This document shows, piece after piece, positions 43,519 through 55,889 of a stretch of 64,000 nt of DNA (its first letter is position 1; each line of letters begins with the position of its first letter). A model generated the notes under the pieces. That model did not search any database and was not told the DNA's origin. It saw nothing but the letters and a program-made list of their open reading frames with translations. A program made the translations under genes and the position numbers. Source of the stretch: Thecamonas trahens ATCC 50062 (lineage: Eukaryota > Protista > Apusomonadida); NCBI RefSeq assembly GCF_000142905.1, contig NW_013657621.1, positions 81,021 through 145,020 of the forward strand. Reading direction: 5' to 3'.

Positions 43519-44310
43519 TGTCCAAGCCAGTCCGACTGGTGTGTCACGGGTGAGTGGACAGAGGCGGCTGTGTTGGGGTTGTTGGCCTGCAGGCAGGGGA
43601 TCGGAACGTACGTCTTGACCACATCGCTGCTCTTGAAGTAGTCGCGTGTCGTCAGCTTCCGCGATGCACGTGGGTGCGGACCAAGTGCGGGGTTGGTCAA
43701 TCGTGCCCGTGTGTCCATGACGCGTTTAAGCGCGTGGGAGCGGGGTTGCGGTCATTTCCCGGCGTCTCAAAAAAAACTCCCGTGCCCAACACTCCGACTT
43801 CTCACCCCGCTCCCACCTCTTGATGCAGTGGTCAGTCCTGCAGCACCTCTTTCACCCCACTCCACCTCACTGCCATACATCCTGTTTCATCCACTGTACG
43901 TCGCCCCTTTCACCTCATTCCATCCCTCTCCGTACCCTCTGCGCCTGCTTCATCGTTTCCCCGGTTTTTTCCTCTCTCCACCTCCACCACCACTCACACC
44001 GCCTCCTTCCCCCGCACAGCACCAACACCAGCACCACTGTAGGGTGAATGAAGTAGTAGGTACACCCACAACCACGCCGTCTCATCACATGCGCACCTGT
44101 ACTCTCCGAGTCTGCCGATCTATCTTGTCGCTCGGCTCCTCCTCCCATCTCGATCCACCCCCCCCCCCCCCCCCCCCTCCGCACACCCAAACGTTCGTCG
44201 AACCTTCGCCGGCACTCCCGCACGACGGGCGACACAAGCCCTCTGTGTCGCGATAGGGGCAGAGCGAGGCAGTACGACGGCACTTCTCCGTCCGAGAGTC
44301 ATCGAAGACG

Positions 44311-47300
44311 ATGTCCGGACTCTTTGGGGTAGTCTTCCACTTCTTCTTCATTCTCCCCATCATGTGGTTCTTCTCCTTTGCCCAGGCTGTGGCCTCTGCC
44401 TTTGGCCTCCTCCCCTCACTCCCTTCCCCTGCCTCCTCTGACCTGGCAGCAAAGGTGGTACTTGAAGACGACCAACGGGAGCTAGCTTCAGAGTTTAACA
44501 ACGCAGACTCGGTAGACGACAAGGCCCGCCTCATGCACATCCTTGACCACATGAAGCGCTCTGTACGTCTTCCCCCTTCCCCCCTACCTACCGTCCCCCC
44601 CCCCCCCCCCCCTTCCTGGGCTCTCCGTGATGGTGTCGCCCCTCCTCTCCCCCCATCTTGGCACTCGGCCACTCACGCGCACCACACTCACGCGCACCAC
44701 ACTCACACGCACCACTCCCGCCCTCCTCTCCACACACATAGCTTTCGGATGAAACGCTCCTTGATCATCTTGATGAGGCTACTGCTCTTCTCAAGCGGGA
44801 TGGTGGGCTGGGGATCATCGATGACTCTACTCCTTCTCCTCGGTTGTCATCATCGTCTTTGGCTGCAGTCACCGCTGGCTCGCGGTCAACAGTGGCATCG
44901 TCGTCGAACCCGACAAGGCTCTCCATCCCGCCGCGTCCGCCTGCGTCTGATGCCTCGTCTACCTCACCATCGCCTCGGATGTCTACCCCGACGTACCGTC
45001 CGGCTCCACTCTTTGTTCCGGGTCCCGACGAGATGCTCGGCTCGCGAACGTCGCAGGAGACGCCAGCAACGTCGCCGTCGGGCGATGGCAGCCCTGCTGC
45101 CGAAGAGACAACCAACATCAATGCGGCGTCGTTCTTCTCTGCCGCCACGCCGGGCGTGGCCCTCTCCTGGATCGGGGCCCGCCTCTGGCGCATCATGCCC
45201 GACGTCATGTGGGCGTGGTCGACGCCTGCCGAGGTCCCCGAGCCTGCCGCCCGCGACGCCATTCTTGACGGCGTCCTCTCGTCGCGCAAGGTCATCGCGG
45301 TCGCTCGGCAGATGGGCCTCACCCGATCCGAGCGGCACCGGCAAGTCCGCGCCATCCTCAACACCATGGTCGCCGTCCAGAACCTGCGCGTCATCCGAAT
45401 CATGGCGTGGATTATGAAGAAGCTCTGGGGCTATCTCTACCCGTTTGGCATCCACGTCAAGGAGGAGGAGGTCGATATGCTCCACCGCTACGCCGGTCGC
45501 GCCCCGTTTGTTATTGTGCCTACCCACAAGTCGCACATTGACTACCTCCTCTTTACCTACCTCTGCTTTGCGCGCGGACTACCCATTCCGCACGTTGTCG
45601 CCGGCATCAACCTCAACATCCTCTTTGTGGGGCCCATCCTCCGGTGGGGCGGCGCGTTTTTCATTCGCCGCTCCTTTGCTGGTGACCTGCTGTACCACGC
45701 CGTCTTTGACGCCTACGTCACCCAGCTCCTCGTCTCGGGAGCATCGGTGGAGTGCTTCATCGAGGGCGGCCGCTCGCGGTCGGGCAAGGTCCTTCCACCC
45801 AAGTCGGGCTTCCTCAAGGTTGTCATCGACGCCGTCGTCGAGGGTGACGTCGCCGACGCTCTCATTGTCCCGGTCTCGCTCAACTACGACCGCATTGTTG
45901 AGAACGACTCGCACATCAAGGAGCTGTCGGGCTCGGAGAAGAACGCCGAGCAGCTGCTCGGCTTCCTCTCCGCCTCGTTCACCCTCCTCTACCGCATTCT
46001 CTCCGGCAAGATCTGCCTCGGCTCTGTTGATATCGGCATTGGCCAGCCAATCTCTGTCAAGCAGTTTGTCGTCGACGCTGCCCTCAAGCTCGAGACGCGC
46101 CACGCTTGTGACGTGGTTGCGGCCTCGCTCCGCCAGCCCTCGCTCACCAACATGCAGATTCTTCGCGAGCTTGACGTCCCGGTCCGCGACATTGTCACCC
46201 GCGGCGTCCCGCTCGCGCCCATGGCCTCTTTGCCCGTCCGGCTTGACGACTCTGAGGTGCGCCCCTCTGACTCTGATGACGACTCGGAACCTGGCACGGC
46301 CTCCGAGTCATCGTCCGACACTGACTCTGACGACGAGCTCGAGCCGCAGGCTGAGCCGGCGGCCAACGCGTCTGCCTGCGACGGTTCGTCGTCTGCCGAG
46401 GGCCCGAGCCTCAAGCGCATGCTCTCTGCGCTTTCACCCGAGGCGCAGTCGGCCCTTTCTGGTGTCAAGAAGCCGGACGCGCCGCTCCGGGCGGCCACTT
46501 TTCCCTCGCCGTCGGCCCAATCGCCCGAGGGCGGCCTCCTCGCTCTCGCCGCGCCGCCAACGCCGCGGTCGCTTGACAAGAACTCATCCGAGGCCCGGGC
46601 GCTCGTCGCGGCGCTCACAGCCCATCAGCGCAAGCGCATCACCTTTTCGCTCGGGTATACTACCCTCTACGCGTGCAACACCTCGTCGGTTGTTCTCCCA
46701 GCCGCCCTCGTTGGCACGGTCCTCCTCACGCACTACACCCGCGGCATGCGCTACTCGGAGCTGGTGCAGAAGGTCAAGTGGCTCCGCCGCGAAGTCAACG
46801 AGCGCGGCGGCCGCGTTGAGTCACGCGACGGGGCTTCGCTCTCCAAGTCGATCACCACGGTCCTCGACCGGGTCCTCCAGCGCGGAGGCCGCAACCGCGG
46901 CCTTGTCAAGCTGCACAAGGACATTGTCATGCTCTCGCTCTACTCGCCGCAGGAGCGGATGGAGCTCTCGCTTTACCGCAACCAGCTCATCCACAACTTT
47001 GTCCCAGAATCGCTCCTCCTCTGCTCCATGTACGCGTTTGAGAAGGCAGCCGGGGCCCTCGTCGCGGTCGAGGAGTCGGACCTACTCGTTACAACTCGCT
47101 TCCTCTCCTCCCTCCTCAAGCGTGAGTTCATCTTCAAGCCCTCGCCCGGCGCTGGGCACAACTTTGCCGAGATTGTTGCCCGCCTCCTCGACCGCGGCGT
47201 CCTCCTTCGCACAGACGACGGCATGCTCACTGTCAACGACTACGACCTGTACGCCCGGACTGGCGACGCCCCTGGCACGGCGCACGACGAGCACGACGCC

Positions 47301-47770
47301 TCGCGCGGCACCTCGATGTACCTCTTCCTCGCGGCCCTCCTCTGGCCCTTTATCGACTCCTACTGGCTCGCTGCCCTCTCGCTCTACCACCTGTACCCAG
47401 ACCGCAACGTCTCGTCCAAGGACCTCATCAACTACACACAGAAGCTCGGTGAGCGTCTTTACTTTGAGGGCCAGATCGACCTGTACGAGGCCGTCTCCAA
47501 GGAGACCGTCGGCAACGCCATCAAGCTTTTCATGGAGAAGGGCGTCGTCGAGGCCGTCCACGTCCAGAACCAGTTCACCACTGCTCCCATCGTTCGCCTC
47601 ACCAAGGACTACCACTCGATGGCCGCCATCGACTCGCTCATCCGCAACGTCGGCGTTTCAAGAAGCGCTCGCGCATGTACCGCTCGCGCCGTTTCAAGGC
47701 CATCACCACCACAGACATCGACGACGGCATTGCCATCGTCCGCCGGCACGAAGGCATCGCTGCCGAGTGA
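44311..47770 (+). CDS. Glycerol-3-phosphate / dihydroxyacetone-phosphate acyltransferase (GPAT/DHAPAT, PlsB family); exons 44311-44562 and 44742-; probable frame break near 47652
   Basis: Motifs 'PTHKSHIDY' (HX4D), 'AFFIRR' and 'FIEGGRSRSGK'. GTACGT...atAG intron in phase 0. A coding-like -1 frame 'RFKKRSRMYRSRRFKAI...GIAAE*' ends at 47770; the uncorrected ORF runs to 47966. Confidence 0.9.
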
Positions 47771-47936
47771 TCGGCCAGCCTTACCTTTTCAGGAACGGAG
47801 TGGACAAATCTGTCCACGCGTTCCAGCACGCGATATGGTGCCCCACACATGTTTGACGACAACGCGCCCGAACGACCATACCGTCAAAAGTGGTAAACTC
47901 CAGCTCATGATTGTAACTCGTTCGAGTTGTTCCTCG

Positions 47937-48119
47937 CCCCTGTACGATTATCTCTCATTGGAGTAATCGTTTCCACCAACCACCCCTGTACGATTATCTC
48001 TCATTGGAGTAATCGTTTCCACCAACCGCCCCTGTACGATTATCTCTCATTGGAGTAATCGTTTCCACCAACCGCCCCTGTACGATTATCTCTCATTGGA
48101 GTAATCGTTCCACCAACCG
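47937..48119. repeat. 46-bp tandem repeat x4 with an internal inverted repeat
   Basis: Unit CCCCTGTACGATTATCTCTCATTGGAGTAATCGTTTCCACCAACCG starts at 47937, 47983, 48029 and 48075. Confidence 0.95.
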
Positions 48120-48189
48120 AGGAACCTCCCCTCCCCCTCCCCCCTCCCCCCCCCCCTCCACCCCACCCCACTCCACTCCCCACCACACC

Positions 48190-49541
48190 ATGGCCACAGA
48201 GAAGTCGTCGGCATACCCCGTGGGTGGGGTGCTGTGGGAGTACTCCTCGGGAGTGTTCTCTTCGGGATGGTCCCAGCGGTGGGGCGCCGTCGACGCCTCG
48301 AGCGGCTCGCTCCACCTGTTCACCGCAAAGCCACGCTGCATTCGCCGCAGGGTACAGAATGGGGTATGTGTAGGGAAGGGGGGAGGGGGACGGGGAGGGG
48401 GATGGGGATGATGGTGGGGTAATGGGCATGGGGATAGGCATGGACATGCCGGACATGGTGGACATGGCGGACATGATGGACATGATGGACATGGTGGACA
48501 TGATGGATGGACATGATGGACATGATGGACATGGTGGACATGACGGACATGATGGACATGATGGACGTGATGAACATGATGGACATGACGGACATGATGG
48601 ACATGATGGACATGGTGGACATGACGGACATGATGGACATGATGGACATGGTGGACATGATGGACATGGTGGACATGACGGACATGGTGGACATGACGGT
48701 GATGGTGCTGGTGGCCATGACCATGATGGTGGCCATGATGGTGGCCATGATGGTGGCCATGATGGGCCATGATGGGCATTCAGTTCTTGGTAGCCATGAT
48801 GGCCATGATGCACTCTATGGCCACAATGACTATGACTGCGATGATCACCACGCAACGACGGGCGGTCACAGAAACCTCTTCATCTTGGACTCACGTGCTC
48901 CCCCCTCCTCCCCCCCCCCCACATACACTCAGACATTCTGGTCGTCCTCCCGCAAAAAGGTCAATCTCGCTGAAGTCACTGACCTCGTCATCGACGACAC
49001 AAAGGGCCCGTGCTTCTCGCTCAACACAGGTCGCCACAAGCTCCAGCTCAAGGCGCAGAAGCCCGAGTACCGCGCCGAATGGATCGCCGCCATCTCGCCC
49101 CATCTCTCCACACCATCGGCTCTCGAGTCTGCCTCACTCATCGCCCCGCCGCCGACTCCGGCCGCCGTCGGCGCGCCTCCCCCCGCTGTCGCCCCGCCGT
49201 CGTTTGCCTCCAACGCGGCTCCGCCTCCCCATCATCCGCGCCCGGGCATGGCCGCAGGCGTCGCTGCAGGCGCTGTTGTCGGCGGCTCCGCCGCATACGC
49301 AGCATCGGCCTACTCCCCAGCCTCTGCGGCCACTCCGGCATCGGCACCCCCACCAGCATTCTCCGATCCTCCCGCCGCCTCCACTCCGCCGCCGCCGGCC
49401 TTCTCCAGCCCGGCCGCCGCCTCGGCCCCGCCGCCACCGGCCTTCTCCGCCCCAGCCGTCGCCTCGACCGCCTGCGCCCCCGGCGCCACGCCCTGGGGCC
49501 CTCCCGCCAACCCGGCCGCCTATCGCCCTGCGCTTTACTAG
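48190..49541 (+). CDS. PH-domain protein with a Pro/Ala-rich tail; exons 48190-48351 (or -48363) and 48933-49541
   Basis: 'GVLWEYSSGVFSSGWSQRW' plus 'KVNLAEVTDL...CFSLNTGRHKLQLKAQKPEYRAEWIAAI'. Two in-frame donors (GTACAG at 48352, GTATGT at 48364) and acceptor ctcAG at 48931-48932. Confidence 0.85.
48440..48780. repeat. Intronic 9-bp repeat (GGACATGRY)n
   Basis: Directly visible; lies between the two PH exons. Confidence 0.9.
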
Positions 49542-49569
49542 TAACACTCCTCTCGCTGTCGTCCATCTC

Positions 49570-50576
49570 ATGCTCGCCTTTGTTCGCAACGCGTCATCGC
49601 TCTCGCTTGTCCGCGCCATCGCCTCATCAGCCTGCCTCGCCCTCCCCGATCCGTCCATGGAGGACCTCCTCCGCCAGCTCAACGAGTCGGGCGATCTGCC
49701 CGAGCTGGAGCTCGAGCCGCTCGGCGGGCGCGACGATCGCCTCGTCGTCCCGGGCCATCCCGTCCTCCACGCGCCCGCCCCGCCGACCCTTCCGGCTCCG
49801 ACTTCCTCACCCGCCGCTGTCCAAAAGCTCATCGAGACGCCGTCCGACAACGGCGGACTCGCTAACGACCTCGATCTCCTCGTCGACGTCCTTGCCACCC
49901 ATGGCGCCCTCGGTGTCGCCGCCCTCAGCTCGGCATCGCCAAGCGAGTCTTTGTGGTCGATGCCGCCGTCGCTGGCCCGGCCATCGACCCACTCTCCGCC
50001 CACAACGAAACCGCCGACGAGGAAGACGACATCGTGGCTGTGGCCTGGATCGACCCGACGGTCGTCTCGGCCTCCTCCCCGCCGTCGTGGTTCTGGGAGG
50101 GCTGCCTGTCGCTCCCGGGCCTCTACGGCTGGGTCGCTCGCCCTTCCGCCGTCGTCGTCTCCGGCTGGACCGCCACCCTCACCGCCGCCGGCTCCTGGAG
50201 CCTCACCCACAGCGCAGACATGCGGCTGGAGGACCTCCCCGCGAGGGTCTTCCTCCATGAGGCCGACCACCTTGACGGCCGGCTCTTCCCCGACCGCCTC
50301 TCCGCGCCCGCTTCGCCCTCCCGGCCGACCTCGTCGACGACATCGAAGGCTCAGACTATCCTTCGCCCGCAGCCGCACGGACCCGCCCAGGCGCCTTCTC
50401 GCCCGTCGAGTAGCCGCGCCACACCTTGCTCCATCTCTGCTCTCACCTGCATCTGCATCCGCGTCCGCAGTGCCCGATCACCATCCCGCCTGCCCTCGTT
50501 TACCTCCTCATCAACCTGCGAGCCACTCCTCCAGCATCTGCGCCGCCTCGCCCTGCCCGGCTCCGCGCGCATCTGA
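49570..50576 (+). CDS. PDF: Peptide deformylase (probably mitochondrial); frame break near 49923
   Basis: 'VVPGHPVLH'; motif 1 'GALGVAA(P)QLG' is restored by one extra C; motif 2 is 'EGCLS' and motif 3 is 'HEADHLDG'. Presequence-like N-terminus. Confidence 0.9.
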
Positions 50577-52067
50577 CGCCACCCGCCCCACTCTTGCCGC
50601 GATCTCTACCTCACCTCGTGGTGTCACATCGAGGAGGGCGGCGACAACTGGCACGTGGCCACGCACCGCCGCTGTGTGCAGCGCCGCGTCCAGCTTGCTC
50701 AACGACTCTGCGCTTGCGTGCTCGAGGAGGAGCTGGACACACTCGAGGTACCCACGCGTCGCCGCTCGCTCGATCGCAAAGTGTTCGCGCTCCTCAGTTT
50801 CAGCCGTGCTCCACACCAGCAGCAGTCGGAGCACGGCTGCGTGCCCGCTGCTGGCCGCCACCCCGATGGCCTTGCCTACCGCCTCACCCGCGCCGCCCAG
50901 CCCGGCATCAAGCAGAAACGCGACCGCGGCGTCACTTCCGATTCGCGCTGCCGACACTAGGGTGCGCGGCTCAAACTGCGTCTCGGGCGCAGCCGCCACC
51001 AGCGTGCGAACCACATCCATGCACCCGTTGGCAATGGCCCAGTTTGCCGCCTGCCACCCGTTGGCGGCCACATCGACCCGTCCATCGGCGAGCAGTAGCT
51101 CCACCACTTGGCCTCGGCCAGCCCGCGCCGCCGTCCGCAGTGCTGCCGAGTTGTCCGCCCGCGGATCGACTCGCGGATCGGCCAGCAGCTCGGCCACCGC
51201 CGACGCGTGGCCCGACCGCGCCGCCCATCGCAGCGCATAGTTGTCGAGCACGCCCGGATCGACGCGCCCGTCGGCCAGCAGCCGGCGCAGAATGTCGACA
51301 TGCCCAAACTCGGCTGCCCATCGTAGCGGATAGCCCGAATCAAACTGGACGTCCACCGCAGTTGCATTGAGGAGCTCGGCCACCACCGCAGCGTGTCCGC
51401 TGTTGCACGCCCACACAATCGCCGCGTTGTTGCTCCATCCCACATCGGTCTCCGGCATCGCCACCAGCATTCGCACCACCTCTGCAGCGCCCGCGTTGGC
51501 CGCCGCCACCAGTGCCCGCGAGAGCATTGCCGTCACTTCAGCTGCAGGCATCGCTAGGACAGCGCGTACAGTTTCGACTGCGCCGACAGCGCCGACCGCT
51601 GCTCCGGCAACAAGCAGTTCGCGCAAGTCTGCAGCCGCAAGCTGTGCAAGCTCAGTCAGCCGCCGCCGCCATTGCCCTCCCTCGCTCTCGCTCAGACCGA
51701 CCGTCGTCCCCGTCGTCGTCCTCCTCGTCACCCCCAGCCGCGCGAGCGTGCCGAACGTGTGGCTGATGGTCAACGCACCCGGCGGAGGAACCTGGCCGAT
51801 GACCTCGTCGGTGGCCCAGAGCGCAGATCGGACGTGGGCATGGTCCACGCACCACATCAGACCCATCGCTGCATACACTTTGTCCCGTCCGTATTCGTTG
51901 CCAAGAATCATCCGGTACAACGTCTTGCACGTCATGCCCAGCGCCACCATGTCCTCCGCCGTAAGCACCTTGCTCGCAAACGCAATCAGCTGCACGATCT
52001 CCACCGGAAAGTCCGTCAGCACCACACCTTGCCCCTCATCGGTGCCATTGGTCCCCGTAGCTGCCAT
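50511..52067 (-). CDS. Ankyrin-repeat protein with an F-box-like N-terminus
   Basis: 'LTDFPVEIVQLIA...DMVALGMTCKTLY' followed by about 9 ankyrin repeats ('DNYALRWAARSGHASAVAELLADPRVDP'). Confidence 0.88.
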   Translation of the reverse strand: MAATGTNGTDEGQGVVLTDFPVEIVQLIAFASKVLTAEDMVALGMTCKTLYRMILGNEYGRDKVYAAMGLMWCVDHAHVRSALWATDEVIGQVPPPGALTISHTFGTLARLGVTRRTTTGTTVGLSESEGGQWRRRLTELAQLAAADLRELLVAGAAVGAVGAVETVRAVLAMPAAEVTAMLSRALVAAANAGAAEVVRMLVAMPETDVGWSNNAAIVWACNSGHAAVVAELLNATAVDVQFDSGYPLRWAAEFGHVDILRRLLADGRVDPGVLDNYALRWAARSGHASAVAELLADPRVDPRADNSAALRTAARAGRGQVVELLLADGRVDVAANGWQAANWAIANGCMDVVRTLVAAAPETQFEPRTLVSAARIGSDAAVAFLLDAGLGGAGEAVGKAIGVAASSGHAAVLRLLLVWSTAETEEREHFAIERAATRGYLECVQLLLEHASAESLSKLDAALHTAAVRGHVPVVAALLDVTPRGEVEIAARVGRVASDARGAGQGEAAQMLEEWLAG

Positions 52068-52227
52068 TTGCTGCCTTGATGCTCTCTTGATGCTGTCCTG
52101 ATACCCACCGCCTGTCGTTGTCGCTGCCTCTAAATCCCTCGAAAATACTCCGACGAAGACAGAGAGAGAAGCGTGTGACCGACGGACGGCAGCCTTGTCC
52201 CCGCTTGGAATCGTAGCGGATTGTGGC

Positions 52228-55200
52228 CTACAATTTACCTACACCACCACGACGGGTCAGTCCGTCTGAAAGGGAGACAATGGCAAATGCTGTGGAGGAG
52301 AAGATCTGGTCAGGAACGACCCGTGTCTTGACCTTGAACCACGGGACGTCGAGCCGTGCCGCAAGGTCACGGATCGAGGCCGTCTCGCGGGTGCGCGACA
52401 AAGACGGCGGCGGTGGCGGAGACGCGGTGCGGTGCCGGTCGAGCGCGCCATCCCCGATGTAGTGCGGATACGTCTGTGCAGCGGCATCGAATCGGTCGGC
52501 GAGGCTCTCGGTCCCCGGGACCTCTCGAGCTAGCCGCCGCCGGGTCTCGTCGCGGGCGCGACGCGCGCGCGCAGCGTGCGCTACCTGCGCCACCACAGAA
52601 AGCTTCGAGTTGAGCAACGCAGCGTTGGCCTCCTTCTGTTGCGAGAGCGAAAGGATCGGTTTGCGCGTCGGCGCTGGTCGTGTACCCTGAACCGTAGCGT
52701 ATGCGTCGCTGATCTCTGCCGAACGAGCCGCGAGGCTCGCCCGTGCCTCGCCGGCGGACCCGAGGATGTTGTCGATGTCGAGCGGTGGTGGCGGCGGCGA
52801 CGGCGGTGGCGGTGGCGGCGTAATAGCGACTGCTGTCACTGGCGAAGCATCTGGGGTGATGGCCGTGAACGAAAGTCCGGACGTCCGGGTCAGCTCACGG
52901 CGCCACTCTGCTGAACTACCAGCAGCCGGCGCGGTGGCCTGTGGACGAGTTGCTGTCTTGATGAGCGGTGGGCGCCGCTCGAGGACAGGCACAGTCTGCA
53001 GTGGCTCTGTAACATCCCTACGCGGCAGGGTATGTACAAGCCGGGTGACGTCCCCCTCAAACGACGCAATCTGCGCGTTGAGATCAGCAAGCCGTGCCGA
53101 GGTCTCTGCGTACGACCGCGAGAGCTCGGCCGGCTCGGGCTCCGGCCCGCGGAGGGGCGATGACCACGACGGCGGGGATGTGGTGGGCGAGAACGAAGAG
53201 AGCGAGAACGGCTCGACCCGCTTGACCGGCGAGATGGATGGCGAGCGGGCACCGCGAAGGCTGTCTGTAAACGACGGGGTCCGAGCCCGCGGGGTGACCG
53301 CTGCTGATGGCGGCTGCGGCGGTGGCGTGCGGGCGGTGTCGCGTCCGTCGGCTGCGGGGTGATCGACCGAGTTGGGCGTGCTGGCGTCGTCAAAGAGCAT
53401 GCCCACCACGTCCTCGTCGACGGCGGCGAGGCCGAGCCGGACGTTGTCAGGATCCGCCAGCAGCGATTCGGCCTCGCGAGAACGGCTCTGCGGCGAGAAC
53501 GAGGAGTCAATGAACGTCTCGCCGGCGGTCACTCGCAGCACACCGTCGTCCATGGCGTGTGAGAGCTGGAGCGAGCGGGCAAAGCCCGAGTCGCGCGGCG
53601 GTGCAGGACTATCCTGCCGTTGCATCAATGGCGACGGTTGCGGCGGCGACGGCATGGTGGCGGGTGGCGGTGGCGGTGGCGGCGGGGGTTGGGTGAGCAT
53701 GGCGCGGTCGCGATCGCGCCGCTCGGCCTCGAGCTGGCGAATCCGCTCCATGAGCTCGTCCTCGCGCTGGCGCTGGCGCTCACGCTCACGGGCGAGCTCG
53801 GACGAGGTCTGCAGCGCAACCGACTTTGGGGACGGAGCCAAAGAAAGTGGACCGGATGCGGCGCGCGCAGCCGTGGCCAAGGTCTCGAGCGCCTGCAGCT
53901 CGAGGCGGAGCTCGCGCGACGAAGTGCGTGCAGCGGCGCGCTGGACGGCGGGAATGACAGTGCCGACCGGATCGAGGACGGCGGAGAGAAGTGCGGCTCT
54001 ACCGGTTGCATCAGTTGCGGACCGGAGGAGCGCGTTAGCGAGCTCGACGACTACAAGCGCGGGGCTCGACTCGGTGAGCGCGGCCCGGATGGCGGCTGCG
54101 GCGTCGGGGAGCGCGGTGAGCTGGGAAGCGACAGTGGCGGCAAAGGCCGTGTCGGCGACGGCGAGCGAAGCAAGTGTGTCGAGGACGGCAGTGGCGACGC
54201 CAGGCGACGGCTGGCTGGCGAGAGCATCTAGGCCGAGCGCGAGGATCTGCGGTCGGAGGCGGCGGAGCTGGGCGGCGCCTACCGGGAGCGCAGCGATGCG
54301 GGCGAGAGCCGTAAGCGCATGGGCGAGGGCGTTACCGACGAGCTTTGGCAGGAGATCGACGAGCACAGCGGGAGCACCCATTTCGACGAGGTGCATAGCG
54401 CAGGCCGAGTCGTCGTCGATGGCTCGGGCGAGGCCAAAGAGGAGCGAGGCGAGGTCTCCCGGCGGAGCACGGACGGAGCGCTCAAGGGCAGCGATCCAGA
54501 TGGCGGCGCGGTGGTCGGGCGGCGAGACAAGGGTGAGAGTAGCTGCGGCGGCGTGGCGGCGGAGGCTGTCAAGGACCTCGCGAACGTTAGATGCGTCGAG
54601 GTACTGTCGAAAGTAGAGGGCGACGCCGAGCGGCTCGGGCGAGGCCCGCGGCAGGACCGGCAGGTCACGGCAAAAGACCCGGATGTCGTCGACAGACCGC
54701 GGATCTCCGAGGGCGGCAGCAATGGTTGCCACGTTTGCGGCAAACGGCAGGGCGTCGTTCCACGGCAGGGCCTCGGCGTGGCGGACGGGTGCAAGGCCGA
54801 CGACGTCGTCGGGTTCGACATCCTGGGCCGATGCCCATGTCAGGATGCATTCTGATGGCGGAGGAGCAGATGGCACCGGTGCCGAGTGTGCCATGCGCGG
54901 GCTGGTGAGCAGCGATGCGTTGGCCAGGGGAGTGATGGAGGGAGTGGGAGCAGGCGTGGCGGCGGAGGCGGGAGGTTGTGCGTCCGAGCTGCGGTCCTGA
55001 TCCTGGCCACGACTGCGACTGCGACTGCGGCCCTGATCCCGGCCACGACTGTGACTGCGGCCCTGATCCCGGTCACGACTGCGGCCCTGATCCCGGCCAC
55101 GACTGCGACTGCGACTGCCCTGATCCCGGCCACGACTGTGACTGCGGCCCTGATCCCGGCCACGACTGCGACTGTGACTGCGGCCCTGATCCCGGCCACG

Positions 55201-55828
55201 ACTGCGACTGCGGCCCTGATCCCGGCCACGACTGCGACTGCGACTGCGGCCCTGATCCCGGTCACGACTGCGGCCCTGATCCCGGCCACGACTGCGACTG
55301 CGACTGCGGCCCTGATCCCGGCCACGACTGTGACTGCGGCCCTGATCCCGGCCACGACTGCGACTGCGACTGCGGCCCTGATCCCGGCCACGACTGTGAC
55401 TGCGGCCCTGATCCCGGCCACGACTGCGACTGTGACTGCGGCCCTGATCCCGGCCACGACTGCGACTGCGACTGCGGCCCTGATCCCGGCCACGACTGTG
55501 ACTGCGGCCCTGATCCCGGCCACGACTGCGACTGCGACTGCGACTGCGACTGCGACTGCGACTGCGACTGCGGCCACCTTCCCGACCGCCACTCCGACGA
55601 CGAGTACGAGTACGACTGCGAGTACGAGTGCGAGTGTGATCCGGCCGCTCTGCCTCCCGTACGACAGCCGCAATGGCCGATCGCCAAGCATCGGCCTCAT
55701 GGGGCTCATCGGCCATGAGCACGATAGGCGGGGAGTCTGCCCTTGGCGGCGGGGCGAGCTGGAAACCCCTTGCGCCCTTCTTGCCGACAAAGGGGTTGAC
55801 GGAGGCACCTTTGAGGGGGATGACCTAT

Positions 55829-55889
<61 letters not shown>

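Noticed and set aside
48040-48855. His-rich, CPS-repeat and Met/Asp-rich ORFs
   Set aside because: They are translations of a 9-bp repeat inside the intron of the PH gene.
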